This document shows positions 21,423 through 32,600 of a stretch of 64,000 nucleotides of DNA, piece after piece; within the stretch, counting starts at the first letter, position 1, and each line of letters starts with the position of its first letter. This DNA comes from Thermoanaerobaculia bacterium (GTDB lineage Bacteria > Acidobacteriota > Thermoanaerobaculia > UBA5066): NCBI GenBank assembly GCA_036504335.1, contig DASXVJ010000029.1, positions 26,885 through 90,884 on the forward strand. Reading direction: 5' to 3'. The position numbers and the translations under genes are program-made. The notes below the pieces were generated by a model. The model was not told the DNA's origin. It saw nothing but the letters and a program-made list of their open reading frames with translations, and made no database searches.

Positions 21423-24395
21423 CTACCCGCCGACGACGGCGCGGCAGCGGGCGCAGACGCCGTCCTCGCCGGGCTCGACGTCCTTCTTGACCTGCCAGCA
21501 GCGCGGGCACTTGGCGCCTTCGGCGGCGCGCGCGAGCACGGACTCGGCGTCTCCCTCCCGCACGACCGACGGCGTCCCGAACACGTCGGCCAGCCTTTCT
21601 TCTGAAAGGTGAAGAAGGGCGAGCGCGCGGTCGACGTTCTCGCCGCGCCCGATCGCGGCGACGGCCTGGGACGCGGAGCCGACCTTGTTTTCGCGCCTCA
21701 GGGGCTCGAGGGCCTGCAGGAACGCCGCTCGAAGCGCGAGGACCACGCCCCACGCCTCTCTTTCATTCGAAGGAATCTCCGAAGTCTTCAGATCCCCCCA
21801 GCTCTTCAGGAACAAGGCGGACGGGTCCTTCGCGTTCCCGGGCAGCGATTCGAATATCTCCTCGGCCGTGAACGGACAGATGGGGGAGAGGGCGACCGCG
21901 ATCGTCTCCACGAGTTTCCAGGCGGCCGTCTGCGCCGATCGGCGCACGGGGTCGTTCGGCGCGAGGACGTAGAAGGCGTCCTTGCGCACGTCACACCAGA
22001 AAGCCGAGAGGTCGACCGTGACGAAATCCAGGAGCCGCCGGGCGACGCCGTGGAATTCGTGACGGCCGTAGGCCTCTCGCGCCTCGCTCGCGAAGCGGCC
22101 CGCGGCGTCGAGGACCCAACGCTCGAGCGGCTCGAGTCGCGCGTCCGGAACGGCGTCCTTCGCCGGGTCGAAGTCGAAGAGGTTCGAGAGCAGGAACCGC
22201 GCCGTGTTCCGGATCTTGCGGTACGCCTCGGACGTGCGCTGGAGGATCTCCTTCGAGAGCGGGTCGTCGTTCGTGTAGTCGAGCGACGCGACCCAGAGGC
22301 GGATGACGTCGGCGCCTTCGGTCTTGAGCAGGTCCTGCGGCTCGATCGTGTTCCCGAGCGACTTCGACATCTTCCGGCCGTCGCCCGCGACGACGAAGCC
22401 GTGCGTGAGCACCGTGTCGAAGGGCGCGCGGTTGGTCAGCGCGACCGACGTGAGGAGCGACGACTGGAACCAGCCGCGGTGCTGGTCGTGACCTTCGAGG
22501 TACATCACGGGGACCGGCGGCTGCGTCGTGTACGGGTCCGCGAGGCCGTAGTCGCCCGAGCGGAGGACGGCTGCGTGCGAGACGCCCGAGTCGAACCAGA
22601 CGTCGAGGATGTCCTTCAGCTTCTCGAAGTTCGTGCCCCCGCAAAGAGAACAGGAGGCCGAAGACGAAGAGGAAGAGGAAGAGGAAGAGGAAGATTTGCT
22701 TAGAAAGTAAGACGGGGGGAACGCGTCGTCGTACCACGCATTGGCGCCGTGCTGCCGGAAGGCCCCTCTTACCCTTTCAAAGAAATCTTCTCTTTCTCTC
22801 TTCTCGTTCTCCGTTCCGCCGCCCTCGACTCTGGGGAAATGGCTGACGATCCCCTTCTCTTTGCAGTCCACGCAGCGCAGGAACGTGATCGGCGAGCCCC
22901 AACGCCGCTGGCGGGAGATCGTCCACTCGAGGCGGTTGTCGACCATCGCGCCGATGCGGTTCTCGCTGTAGGAGGGGATCCACTCCACGCGCCCCCGGAT
23001 CTCGCCCATCGCGCGCTCGCGCAGCGCCCCGAGGTCGATGAACCACTGGTGCGTCGCCCGGAAGACGACCGGGTTCTTGCAGCGCCAGCAGTGGGGGTAG
23101 GAGTGCGGGGAGGACTTCTGCGAAAGGAGGATGGAGGCGCCGGCGCGCCCGTCCTTCAGGGCCTCGAGGACGGCGACGTTCGCGTCGTCGGCGGGCGTCT
23201 TCGGCGTGACGACGCGTTTTCCCCTGAGGAATTCCGGGGCGTTGACGTCGTAGTAGCCGCCCTCGTCCACGGGGCAGAGCGCCGGGTCGTCCACCTTGAA
23301 GCCGGCGCGGCGCACCACCTCGTAGTCGTCGCGGCCGTGGCCGGGCGCGGTGTGGACGAGGCCCGTGCCGTCCGTCGTCGAGACGTGCTCGCCGAGGAGA
23401 AATCCGAAGTTATCGAATGGGTCGGACGCAAAGGGCCGGGCGTAGCGCAGGGCCGGCAAGGCCCCGGCGATCACTTCGCCGCTTTTCTTCGAATGAGGAA
23501 GAGGGTGTGCGTCGCGCCAGCCGAGCGCAGCGGTCACCTGCGGGACGAGCGACTCGGCGACGAGGTAGGCGGCGCCCGGCTCTGATTCCCTCTTCAGAAG
23601 TACGTATTCGATTTTCGGACCCAGCGCGATGGCGCGGTTCGCGGGCAGGGTCCAGGGGGTCGTCGTCCAGATGACGGCGTAGAGTTGCCGCACGTCGCCC
23701 GACTGAGCGAGAGCGCCCCACACACCGTTCAAAGAATCTTCTCTTAGGGGCATCGCCAGGTAGATCGACCAGTCCGTCTTGTCCTCGTACTCGATCTCCG
23801 CTTCCGCGAGCGCCGTCCGGTCGTGGACGCACCAGAGAACGGCCTTGAAGCCGAACGACACGAGGCCTTTCTCGACGAACCGCCCGAAGGCCCGGGCGAT
23901 CTCGGACTGGTAGGAGAAGTCCATCGTCCGGTACGGCTTCATCCACGCGCCGAGGACGCCGAGGCGCATGAAGTCGGTCCGCTGGACGTCGATCCACTTT
24001 TCGGCGGAGGCGCGGCAGGCGTCGCGGATCGCGACGTCGGACATCCCGCGCTTCTTCGGGCCGAGCTCCTTGTCCACCTTGAGCTCGATCGGGAGGCCGT
24101 GGCAGTCCCAGCCCGGCACGTACGGAGCGTCGAAGCCGTCGAGCGTGCGGGACCGCACGACGAGATCCTTGAGGATCTTGTTCATCGCCGTGCCCATGTG
24201 AATCCGGCCGTTGGCGTAGGGCGGACCGTCGTGGAGGATGTACCCGGGAGCGCCCTTCCGCGCGGCGCGGATGCGGCCGTAGAGGTCGTCCTCCTGCCAG
24301 CGGGCGAGGCGCGGAGGCTCGCGCCTCGGGAGATCCCCTCTCATCGGGAAGTCCGTTTTCGGGAGCAGAAGGGTGGATTTCCAGTCGCGGCCCAT
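21423..24395 (-). CDS. ileS: Isoleucine--tRNA ligase
   Basis: [23 protein letters not shown] (HIGH), [25 protein letters not shown] and a C-terminal CPRCW zinc motif. Contains repeat copies at 21593-21622, 22641-22719 (13-Ser run), 22764-22817 and 23725-23750. Confidence 0.9.
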   Translation of the reverse strand: MGRDWKSTLLLPKTDFPMRGDLPRREPPRLARWQEDDLYGRIRAARKGAPGYILHDGPPYANGRIHMGTAMNKILKDLVVRSRTLDGFDAPYVPGWDCHGLPIELKVDKELGPKKRGMSDVAIRDACRASAEKWIDVQRTDFMRLGVLGAWMKPYRTMDFSYQSEIARAFGRFVEKGLVSFGFKAVLWCVHDRTALAEAEIEYEDKTDWSIYLAMPLREDSLNGVWGALAQSGDVRQLYAVIWTTTPWTLPANRAIALGPKIEYVLLKRESEPGAAYLVAESLVPQVTAALGWRDAHPLPHSKKSGEVIAGALPALRYARPFASDPFDNFGFLLGEHVSTTDGTGLVHTAPGHGRDDYEVVRRAGFKVDDPALCPVDEGGYYDVNAPEFLRGKRVVTPKTPADDANVAVLEALKDGRAGASILLSQKSSPHSYPHCWRCKNPVVFRATHQWFIDLGALRERAMGEIRGRVEWIPSYSENRIGAMVDNRLEWTISRQRRWGSPITFLRCVDCKEKGIVSHFPRVEGGGTENEKREREDFFERVRGAFRQHGANAWYDDAFPPSYFLSKSSSSSSSSSSSSASCSLCGGTNFEKLKDILDVWFDSGVSHAAVLRSGDYGLADPYTTQPPVPVMYLEGHDQHRGWFQSSLLTSVALTNRAPFDTVLTHGFVVAGDGRKMSKSLGNTIEPQDLLKTEGADVIRLWVASLDYTNDDPLSKEILQRTSEAYRKIRNTARFLLSNLFDFDPAKDAVPDARLEPLERWVLDAAGRFASEAREAYGRHEFHGVARRLLDFVTVDLSAFWCDVRKDAFYVLAPNDPVRRSAQTAAWKLVETIAVALSPICPFTAEEIFESLPGNAKDPSALFLKSWGDLKTSEIPSNEREAWGVVLALRAAFLQALEPLRRENKVGSASQAVAAIGRGENVDRALALLHLSEERLADVFGTPSVVREGDAESVLARAAEGAKCPRCWQVKKDVEPGEDGVCARCRAVVGG
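21593..21622 (+). repeat. Repeat-family copy F7, in-place patch in the ileS C-terminus
   Basis: CCTTTCTTCTGAAAGGTGAAGAAGGGCGAG. Confidence 0.45.
22641..22719 (+). repeat. Repeat-family copy F8 with (GAAGAG)5 microsatellite, in-frame insertion in ileS
   Basis: GAAGACGAAGAGGAAGAGGAAGAGGAAGAGGAAGATTTGCTTAGAAAGTAAGACGGGGGG. Gives [20 protein letters not shown]. Confidence 0.75.
22764..22817 (-). repeat. Repeat-family copy R4 in ileS (second member of a composite)
   Basis: revcomp GAGAAGAGAGAAAGAGAAGATTTCTTTGAAAGGGTAAGAGGGG. Confidence 0.7.
23725..23750 (-). repeat. Repeat-family copy R5 (short) in ileS
   Basis: revcomp CCCCTAAGAGAAGATTCTTTGAACGG. Confidence 0.4.
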
Positions 24396-24474
24396 TCGAG
24401 CCGCGGAGGTTACATGATTCAGATGGATCAGGTGGCGCTCCGGAGCGCTGTTCGTCCCTTACACTCCGCCGCGC

Positions 24475-25419
24475 ATGACGTCGCTCAAGACCGGTGTCGT
24501 CGGCTGCGGCTACCTCGGCCGGCACCACGCGCGCATCCTGTCCACGCTCGAGGGTTCGAGTCCGGCCGGCTTCGTCGAGACGGACGACGCCGCAGCGGCG
24601 GCGATCGAGGCCGCTCACGGGGCCGCGGGGATGGTCCGCCGGCGGTCGATCCGGGATCTCCTGGACGAGGGGGCCACGGCCGTCGTCGTCGCGTCACCCA
24701 CCGTCACGCACGCCGCCGTCGCCGAGGAGCTCCTCCTCGGAGGCGCGGACGTGATGGTCGAGAAGCCGATCACCGCGACGCTCGCCGAGGCGGACCGCCT
24801 CGTCGCGATCGCCCGGGAGAAGGGCCGCGTCCTGCAGGTCGGGCACATCGAGCGCTTCAACCCGGCCGTCGCGGCCATCCGGCCGCTCGTCACCAACGTG
24901 AAGTTCATCGAGGCGCACCGCCTCGGGGTGTTCGTGCCGCGCGCGCTGGACGTGGACGTCGTCCTCGACCTTCTCGTCCACGACCTCGACATCGCGCTGG
25001 ACCTCGTGGGACGGCCGGTCGTCGAGATCCGCGCCGTCGGCGTCCCGATCCTCTCGAACAAGATCGACATCGCCTCCGTGCGGCTGTCGTTCGAGGGCGG
25101 GTGCGTCGCGAACCTGACGGCCTCGCGCGTTTCGCAGGAGAAGACGCGGAAGTTCCGGTTCTTCCAGCCGGACTGGTACTTCTCGATCGACACCCAGAAC
25201 CGCGACGTGACGGCGTTCCGCCTGGACCGGATGACGGGCCCGCCGCGCATCGTGCCGTGGCCGGTCGCCGTCGAGCCGCAGGACGCGCTGACCGCCGAGG
25301 ACGCCGCGTTCCTGAAGGCGTGCCGCGCGCGCAGCGAGCCCGAGGTCACCGGCGAGGCCGGGCGCGCGGCGCTGAAGCTCGCGCTCGACATCCTCGAAGA
25401 GATGGGCCGGAACCGTTGA
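24475..25419 (+). CDS. Gfo/Idh/MocA family NAD-binding oxidoreductase
   Basis: VVGCGYLGRHHA Rossmann N-terminus and EKPIT motif. Confidence 0.7.
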   Translation: MTSLKTGVVGCGYLGRHHARILSTLEGSSPAGFVETDDAAAAAIEAAHGAAGMVRRRSIRDLLDEGATAVVVASPTVTHAAVAEELLLGGADVMVEKPITATLAEADRLVAIAREKGRVLQVGHIERFNPAVAAIRPLVTNVKFIEAHRLGVFVPRALDVDVVLDLLVHDLDIALDLVGRPVVEIRAVGVPILSNKIDIASVRLSFEGGCVANLTASRVSQEKTRKFRFFQPDWYFSIDTQNRDVTAFRLDRMTGPPRIVPWPVAVEPQDALTAEDAAFLKACRARSEPEVTGEAGRAALKLALDILEEMGRNR

Positions 25420-25470
25420 AGATGAGGAAAGAGAAGAAGAAGATTTCTTCGAGTGGAGGAGAGAGAGGGA
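25419..25470 (+). repeat. Repeat-family copy F9 at the mtnP 5' end
   Basis: GAAGATGAGGAAAGAGAAGAAGAAGATTTCTTCGAGTGGAGGAGAGAGAGGG. Confidence 0.65.
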
Positions 25471-26327
25471 CGCCGCGCATCGGCCTCATCGGGGGCTCCG
25501 GTCTCTACAACCTGCCCGGGTTGAAGATCACCTCCGAAGTCGCGCTTTCGACTCCCTTCGGAAAGCCGTCCGACTCTTACTTTCTGGGAAATCTCTCTTC
25601 TGTCCCTGTGGCATTCCTCGCGAGGCACGGACGCCACCACGCGCTCCTGCCCACTGAGGTCAACTACCGCGCCAACATCTGGGGACTGAAATCCCTCGGC
25701 TGCTCATGGGTGATCTCCGCTTCCGCCTGCGGCTCGATGAAGGAGGCCTACAGGCCGACCGACATCGTCCTGCCGGACCAGTTCATCGATCTCACGAAGA
25801 GCCGCGCCTCGACGTTCTTCGGCGAAGGCATGGTCGGGCATGTTTCGTTCTCGCACCCCGTCTCGACGGCGCTCCTCGACGCCCTCGAGGCGGCGGGGAA
25901 GGCCGAGAAGGCCGTCGTCCACCGCGGCGGGACGTACGTCTGCATGGAAGGGCCGCAGTTCTCCACGAAGGCCGAGTCGCTCCTCTACCGGTCCTGGGGC
26001 GTCGACGTCATCGGCATGACGAACGCGACGGAGGCGAAGCTCTGCCGCGAGGCCGGGATCGCCTACGCGTCGGCCTGTCTCGTGACGGACTACGACTGCT
26101 GGCACGAGGAGGAGGGCCCGGTCAGCGTCGAGGCCGTCCTCGCCGTCCTGAAAGCGAACGCGGCGACCGCCAACCGCGTCCTCGCGAACGCCGTGAGCCG
26201 GCTCGACCCGGCGCGGCCGAGCGACTGCGCCGACGCCCTCGCCTTTGCAATCCTCACGCACCCGACGCGCGTTCCCGCCCGGACCCGGAAGCGGCTCGCG
26301 CTCCTCACGCAGAAAGGACGTCCATGA
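25422..26327 (+). CDS. mtnP: S-methyl-5'-thioadenosine phosphorylase (PNP/MTAP family)
   Basis: IGLIGGSGLY, VISASACGS and GMTNATEAKLCREAGIAYASACLVTDYDCW. The N-terminal 16 aa (MRKEKKKISSSGGERG) are encoded by repeat copy F9. Confidence 0.75.
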   Translation: MRKEKKKISSSGGERGTPRIGLIGGSGLYNLPGLKITSEVALSTPFGKPSDSYFLGNLSSVPVAFLARHGRHHALLPTEVNYRANIWGLKSLGCSWVISASACGSMKEAYRPTDIVLPDQFIDLTKSRASTFFGEGMVGHVSFSHPVSTALLDALEAAGKAEKAVVHRGGTYVCMEGPQFSTKAESLLYRSWGVDVIGMTNATEAKLCREAGIAYASACLVTDYDCWHEEEGPVSVEAVLAVLKANAATANRVLANAVSRLDPARPSDCADALAFAILTHPTRVPARTRKRLALLTQKGRP

Positions 26328-27328
26328 CGCCCGCGCGCATCGTCGTCACCGGATCGGTGGCCTTCGACTACCTCATGACGTTCCCGGGGAGATTCCTCGA
26401 CGTCGTCGTCCCGGACCGGATGAGCCGCCTGTCCGTCTCCTTCCTCGTCGACTCGATGCGCCGCTTGCGCGGCGGTGTCGCGCCGAACATCGCATACGGC
26501 CTCGCGCTCTTCGGTCTCAAGCCCGTGATCATGGCGACGGCGGGCGTCGACGCCCTCGACTACGCCCGGTGGCTCGCGGAGGAGGGCGTGGACACGTCCG
26601 AGCTCCACATCAGCGACGACCTCTTCACGGCCTCGTTCTTCGTCTCGACAGACGAGGTTCAGAACCAGATCGCGACGTTCTACATGGGGGCGATGGCCCG
26701 GGCCGTCGACCTGTCGTTCCGCGCCTTCGGGCCGGGGACCGTGTCGCTGGCCGTGATCGCGCCGAACGCCCCCGAAGCGATGATCAAGTACGCGGGGGAG
26801 TGCCGCACGTTGCGCATTCCGTTCGTCTTCGACCCCAGCCAGCAGGTGGCGCGGCTCGGCGGCGACGAGATCCTCGCCGGCCTCGACGGCGCCGCCGTCC
26901 TCGTCGCGAACGAGTACGAGTTCGGCGTCATCGAGAAAAAGACGGGGCTCTCCGAAACCGAGGTCCTGAAGCGCGTCCCGGTGCTCATCGTCACGCGTGG
27001 AGACGAGGGCTCGACGATCGCGATCCGCGGCGACGGCGCGGAGGAGGCGGTGGTGCACCGGATCCCCCCCGCGAGGCTGCGAACCACGGCCGTGGATCCG
27101 ACGGGCGTCGGGGACGCCTACCGGGCCGGACTGCTCGCCGCGCGGCAGCGCGGGCTGCCCTGGGAGGTCGCCGGGCGGGTCGGGAGCGTCGCCGCCGTCT
27201 ACGCCCTCGAAACGATCGGCGCCCAGCCGAAGCGCTACGCCATGGGCGAGTTCCTCGACCGCTACCGTGAGAACTTCGGAGCTGACGGCGTGCACGGAAC
27301 CGTGGACCGCCTGCTCGCGGGAGCCTGA
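26324..27328 (+). CDS. PfkB-family carbohydrate/nucleoside kinase (adenosine-kinase-like)
   Basis: ATGA overlap with mtnP. DPTGVGDAYRAGLL (PfkB C-terminal signature). Confidence 0.65.
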   Translation: MTPARIVVTGSVAFDYLMTFPGRFLDVVVPDRMSRLSVSFLVDSMRRLRGGVAPNIAYGLALFGLKPVIMATAGVDALDYARWLAEEGVDTSELHISDDLFTASFFVSTDEVQNQIATFYMGAMARAVDLSFRAFGPGTVSLAVIAPNAPEAMIKYAGECRTLRIPFVFDPSQQVARLGGDEILAGLDGAAVLVANEYEFGVIEKKTGLSETEVLKRVPVLIVTRGDEGSTIAIRGDGAEEAVVHRIPPARLRTTAVDPTGVGDAYRAGLLAARQRGLPWEVAGRVGSVAAVYALETIGAQPKRYAMGEFLDRYRENFGADGVHGTVDRLLAGA

Positions 27329-27369
27329 GCTTCAAAGAAGCGGCGCGGCGGGTTACACTCCGCTTTCGC

Positions 27370-27855
27370 ATGAGCGTCATCGAAGGACACCTCACCTCAG
27401 CCGGCCGCCGCTTCGGCATCGTGGCCGCCCGGACGAACGACGTGGTCGTCTCGCGGCTTCTCGACGGAGCCCTCGACGCCTTCCGCCGGACCGGCGCCGC
27501 GGACGTCGTCGTCGTCCGCACCCCGGGGGCCTGGGAGCTTCCGCTCGCCCTTCGCGACCTCGGCCGCTCCGGCGGTTTCGACGCCCTCGTCGCCCTCGGC
27601 GCCGTGATCCGCGGCGGCACGCCCCACTTCGACTACGTCGCCGGGGAGACGGCCAAGGGAGTCTTCCAGGTCTCCCTCGAGCTCGACCTTCCGGTGTCCT
27701 TCGGCGTCCTCACGTGCGACACGCTCGAGCAGGCGCTCGAGCGTTCCGGCGCCAAGGCCGGCAACAAGGGCTTCGAGGCCGCGATGGCCGCCGTCGAGTC
27801 CGCCGACCTGCGAGCCCGCCTGAAGACCCCGGCCGCGAAGCGCCGCGCGCGCTGA
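27370..27855 (+). CDS. ribH: 6,7-dimethyl-8-ribityllumazine synthase
   Basis: GIVAARTNDVVVSRLLDGA...GAWELPLA...HFDYVAGE. Confidence 0.85.
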   Translation: MSVIEGHLTSAGRRFGIVAARTNDVVVSRLLDGALDAFRRTGAADVVVVRTPGAWELPLALRDLGRSGGFDALVALGAVIRGGTPHFDYVAGETAKGVFQVSLELDLPVSFGVLTCDTLEQALERSGAKAGNKGFEAAMAAVESADLRARLKTPAAKRRAR

Positions 27856-27873
27856 CGGGCCGCGGAGGGACGC

Positions 27874-28314
27874 GTGAGCGGCCGCCGTCGCAAGTCCCGC
27901 GAGCTGGCCCTCCAGCTCCTCTACCAGAACGACCTCGCGGGCACCGAGCCCGCGGAGATGTTCCGGCGCACGGAGGAGTTCGTCGAGGCCCGGCCCGACG
28001 TGCAGGAGTACGCCGCGCGTCTCGTCGAGGGGACGCTCGCCCGCCGCGACGAGCTGGACGCGAAGCTCTCCGAGCGATCGGAGCACTGGCGCCTCGGGCG
28101 CATGGCCGCGGTGGACCGCAACCTGCTCCGTCTCGCGCTCTACGAGCTCCTCTTCGAGAACGACACTCCGGACGCCGTCGTCATCGACGAAGCGGTCGAG
28201 ATCGCCAAGAAATTCTCGACGCCTTCGTCGGGCCCGTTCGTGAACGGAGTTCTCGACGGGATCCGCCGCGCCACGTACGGCCCCCGCCCCGCGGTCCCCG
28301 GAGACCCGGCGTGA
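27874..28314 (+). CDS. nusB: Transcription antitermination factor NusB
   Basis: RELALQLLYQ...NLLRLALYEL...VVIDEAVEIAKKF...FVNGVLD. Confidence 0.85.
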   Translation: MSGRRRKSRELALQLLYQNDLAGTEPAEMFRRTEEFVEARPDVQEYAARLVEGTLARRDELDAKLSERSEHWRLGRMAAVDRNLLRLALYELLFENDTPDAVVIDEAVEIAKKFSTPSSGPFVNGVLDGIRRATYGPRPAVPGDPA

Positions 28315-29201
28315 GACGACTCGTCCTCGCCCTCGCCTTCATGGCCGGCGCTTCCTCGGCCGTGGCCGACGGCCCGCCCGCGGAGTGGGCCCAGTACCGC
28401 GTGGCCGGCGACGCGCCGTGGCGCTTCGCGCGCCCCGTCGAAGCGGCCGGCTACCGCGTGGTCCTGTCCAGCCCGGACGGGCGCGCTCTCGAGGCGCGGG
28501 TCGTGGTCGACGCGTCGCCGTTCGGCGCCGACGGGCCGTTCCCGCCGCGCCTCGACGCGCTCGAGCCCGAGGCCCGCGCGACGCTGGCCGAGCCCCGGCC
28601 TGAGGACGCCGCGCTGGAGGCGGCCTCGTCCCGGATTCTCACCGGCGCCCTGACGACGCTCGAAGCCGTCGAACGCGTGATCGCGTACACGTCCCGAAAC
28701 GTCGCCTACAAGCTGCCGGACGGCAACGAGACGGCGGCCTCGGCTTTGCGCTCGGGCCGCGGCTCGTGCGTCGGACGCTCGCTTCTCGCCGCCGATCTCC
28801 TCCTGCGCGCGGGCGTGCCGGCGCGGCAGGTCACCGGCCTCCTCGTCGCGGCGCAACCGGCGGAGCTGACTCCGGAATCCCGGCTCGTGTACAACGCCGG
28901 CCTCGGCGGCGTGCGCCACCGCTGGATCGAGGTCTTCGTGCCGGGCCTCGGCTGGGTGCCGTCGGATCCCGGCGGGCTCGCGAACACGGTGACGGCCCGG
29001 CACCTCGCCCTCTCCCGCCAGCCCGCCTCGTCGTTCCACGCCGGCGTCCTCTCGCGATCGGCCGAGATCCGCCGCCCCATCCTCGAGGGCGGCGAGGGCC
29101 GCATCACGCTCGCGCGTCCGCGCGGCCCCCTCGAGGGCGCGCTTTTCGATCCCGCGCCACTCGCGGCTCCGCGTCCCGCCGGCCGGGACGACCGCCGTTG
29201 A
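28311..29201 (+). CDS. Secreted transglutaminase-like cysteine protease domain protein
   Basis: GTGA overlap with nusB. Signal peptide. GRGSCVGRS...RHRWIEVFVPGLGWVPSDP = transglutaminase core (Cys-His-Asp). Confidence 0.6.
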   Translation: MRRLVLALAFMAGASSAVADGPPAEWAQYRVAGDAPWRFARPVEAAGYRVVLSSPDGRALEARVVVDASPFGADGPFPPRLDALEPEARATLAEPRPEDAALEAASSRILTGALTTLEAVERVIAYTSRNVAYKLPDGNETAASALRSGRGSCVGRSLLAADLLLRAGVPARQVTGLLVAAQPAELTPESRLVYNAGLGGVRHRWIEVFVPGLGWVPSDPGGLANTVTARHLALSRQPASSFHAGVLSRSAEIRRPILEGGEGRITLARPRGPLEGALFDPAPLAAPRPAGRDDRR

Positions 29202-29623
29202 CTTCCGGCGCGGGCGCCCCCGGCGCTCCGCTGTCGATCCTGGTCGTCCTCCCGTCGCCACCGCAGCGCCTCCTCGCCGTCGCCGCGGTGCGCGCGGCCC
29301 TGCAGCCGTGGGGACGAACGGTGGTGGCTGCCGAAGCCGGCTCGGCGTTCGAGGCGCTCTGCCTCGTGGCCCGCGGGCGGCCCGCCCTCGCGCTCGTCGC
29401 ACTGGACCTGCCGGTCCTTTCCGGCGACGAGCTCGTGGCCCTCCTGCGCGCTCACCCGGAGCACCGCGGTCTTCCGGTCGTCGCCGTGGCCCCGGGCTCG
29501 GACGCCGACGCCGTTGCGAGGTCCGCGGCGGCGGGCGTGGTCGCGCTGCTGCGCACGCCGTTCGATCCCGCTGCCGTCGCCGCCTCGCTGGCAGCCGCCG
29601 GTCTTGCCGGGAGCCAGCCGTGA
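29198..29623 (+). CDS. Single-domain response-regulator receiver (CheY-like)
   Basis: TTGA overlap. LSILVVLPSP...ALVALDLPVLSGDELV...VVAVAPG receiver fold with the phospho-Asp in ALDL. Confidence 0.55.
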   Translation: MTSGAGAPGAPLSILVVLPSPPQRLLAVAAVRAALQPWGRTVVAAEAGSAFEALCLVARGRPALALVALDLPVLSGDELVALLRAHPEHRGLPVVAVAPGSDADAVARSAAAGVVALLRTPFDPAAVAASLAAAGLAGSQP

Positions 29624-32600
29624 GCCGGCGCCCGTTCATCTCCGTCGTACAGGAGACCGCTTCTCCGAAGCCCGAAGTGCGCCTCCACGCGGCGGCGGTT
29701 CTCTCGGGCCTCGGCGGGACGGAGGCTGAAGAAGCGCTCGCGGGCCTGCTCTCGGATTCCGACCACCGCGTGCGCGCCCGCGCCGTGGAAGGCCTCGCAC
29801 ACGCGGGGCCGGCGGGCCGCGCGACCTGCACGGACATCCTGCTCGACCCGGCGTCGGGCGTCGCGGGACCTGCCGCGGCACGCGCGCTCGCGGCGCGGGG
29901 CGGCGCCGGGGGCGTTCTCCTCGAGGCGCTCTCGAGCCCGTCTCCGGTCGTCCGCCTCCGTGCGGCGCGGGAGCTTCCGCCGGGCGCCTCGGGTCCGGCC
30001 GTCGTCGCCGCCCTCGAGGCGGCCGTCCGCACCGAGACCGACGCCGACGTACGCGTGGAGCTCCTTCTCGCTCTTGGGCGCACGGGCCGCACCGAAGCCG
30101 TGCCCGTGCTCCTGCGCGCCCTCCGCGACGGCGGCACGTTCGACCGCGCCCACGCCGCGTGGGCTCTCGGCCTGCTGGGCGACCCCCGGGCTGCGGCCCG
30201 GCTCCTGCCGCTTCTCGACGAGCCGGGCGTCGGCGCCTGCGCGCTGGCGGCGCTCTCGCGTCTGCCGGCGCCCGAGGCGGCGGAGGAGCTGGCGCGCCGC
30301 GGTGCCCGGGACCCCGCCGCGGGCCCCGATCTTCTGGTCGCGTTGTCGACGTCCGTCTGCAGCGCCCCCGGGCCCGTCGCGCGGCGCGTGCGCGCACTCT
30401 GGCCCTCCGTGACGGACGCCGCGCAGGCCGCCCTTGCGGCTCCCGGTCTCCCGCGGGGCGCCGCCGGCGCGCTCGCGCGCCTCCTCGCGCGCCTCGACGC
30501 GGCGGGCGCGGCGGCGCTCGTCGTCCGACATGGTCCCTATCCGGACGGCTACGGTCCGCTGGCCGAGCTTCCGCCCGAGCGCCTCGTCGAGGCGGCGCGC
30601 ACGGCCCTCGTCGTGGACGACCCCGAGCCCGCCCTCGTCCTGCTCGTGCACGGCGGCGTGGCGGTCGACCCGGCGCGGCTTCTCGCCCATTCGCATCCGC
30701 GCGCGAAGACCGGTGCGCTGAACCGCCTCGTGCCCGGTTCGACCCCGCTCCCGGATCTCCTCGAGATTCTCGCGGACGACGATCCGGACACGGCGCTTGC
30801 TGCGGCCTGGGCGGTTTCGCGCGAAGCCTGGCGGGAGGACGGGGAGCGCGCGCGGGCGGCCGCGACGGCGCTGCACGATCGCGCGAGCGGTCACGACGGC
30901 CCCGGGCGGGCCGCCGCGCTCACGGCGCTGCGCGAGCAGCCGGGTCCCGCGGCCGACGGAGCGCTGCGCTCCGCGTTCGGGTCGTCAGATGCGGGGACCC
31001 GCGCCGCGGCCGCTGCGGCCTCCGCGTTCCGCTCCGACCTGACGGAGCGCGACGTCCTGCCCCTCCTCGAGGACGACGACCCCACGGTCCGCGCCGAGGC
31101 GCTCCGGACGCTGACCCGTCTCGCGGGCGACGGCCGGTCGGCGATCGACTCCCGGCGGATTCTCCGTTTCCTGAACGACGACGCACAGGTCGCCGCCGCC
31201 GCGGGGGCGCTCCTCGTCACGCTCGCAGGCGCCGAGCGGCCCCGGCTGGCCCGCGAGATGCTCGCGCAGCGGGGAGCCGTGCGGCGCGCCGCGCTCGAGA
31301 CGATCGGGGATCTTCGCGACGCCGCATCGGCCTCGGCCGTGGCGTTCGCGGTGCTTCACGAAGACGTGTCCACGGCCCGCGCCGTGCTCGAGGCGGCGGC
31401 GGCGGCGCCTCCTCCGATCGCCGCCGACGCGGTCGTGAGCGGGCTCGCGGACCGCCGGCCCGAGGTACGCATCGCGGCCGCCGCGGCGGCGGCCCGGGCG
31501 GGGGAGGACCTCGCGGCCGCTCTCGGGATCCCGCTGGCCGAGGCGCTGGACCGCGAGTCCGATCCCGAGGCGCGCGCCGCACTGCTGCGGGCCATCGCCG
31601 CTTCGGGGCGCGCGGACGCGATCGGCGCCGTCACGCGCGCGCTCGGCACGGAGGCCGAGCGGTCCGAGTCGCGCGCCGCCGCCGAGTCCCTGGCGCGCCG
31701 CTTTCCCGAGGCGGTCCGGGGAGCGTGGGGCGCGGCGCCGCCGCGGGCCGGCCGGGCGTGGGGCGCAGCGATCGAGGCCGCGCGCCGTCCCGGCGCACCG
31801 GCCTTTCCGGACGACGGGGCCGACGCCCTCCGCCTTCTTGCGGGGCTCGCGCGGATGCGCACGGGGCTCGACCTCGACACCGAGACGCTGCGGCCGCGGC
31901 TGGGGTTGCTCCTCGGGGCCGAGGCCTGGGCCGCGGGCTCCTTCCGGCAGCTCTGGCGCCGGATGCGCGACCTGCCCCCGTCCCACGCTCTTCTCGCGCG
32001 GCTCGTCGACTCTGTCGCCGACACCACGTCGCGGTTCTTCGGCGACCCCGCGGCGCTCGACGCCCTCGCCGGCGAGATCGCGCCGGAGCGACTCCTGGCC
32101 CTCGGGGCCGACGGCACGCTCGACGTCTGGTGCGTGGCATGCGGCACCGGCGAAGAGGCGTGGTCGGTGGCGATCCGGCTCGCCGAGCGCGGCTTCGGGC
32201 CGAATCGACGGTTCCGGATCCGGGGCACGGACCTCTCGCCGGCGGCGATCCGCCACGCGAAGGCGGGCGTGTACGGCCCTCACGCGCTGCGCGGCGTCGC
32301 CGAGGCGGTCCGGACGCGTCACTTCCAGCCGCTGTCGAACGGCCGCTACCGCGTGCGCGAGCCCCTCCGCGAAGCCGTCTACTTCGAGGCGCGCGCCCTC
32401 GCCGACGAGCCGCCGGGCGCCGGAAAGCACGACGTCATCATCTGCCACGGTCTTCTGGCACAGCTGCCGGCCGCGGCTCGGCCGGAGACCGTCGAGCGCC
32501 TCGGTGCGTGCCTGAAGCCGGGAGGCTACCTGCTGCTCGGGCGCGAGGACCACGCGTACGCCGCGTCCTCGCCGCTCGCGCCGGTCCTGCTCGGGAGCGA

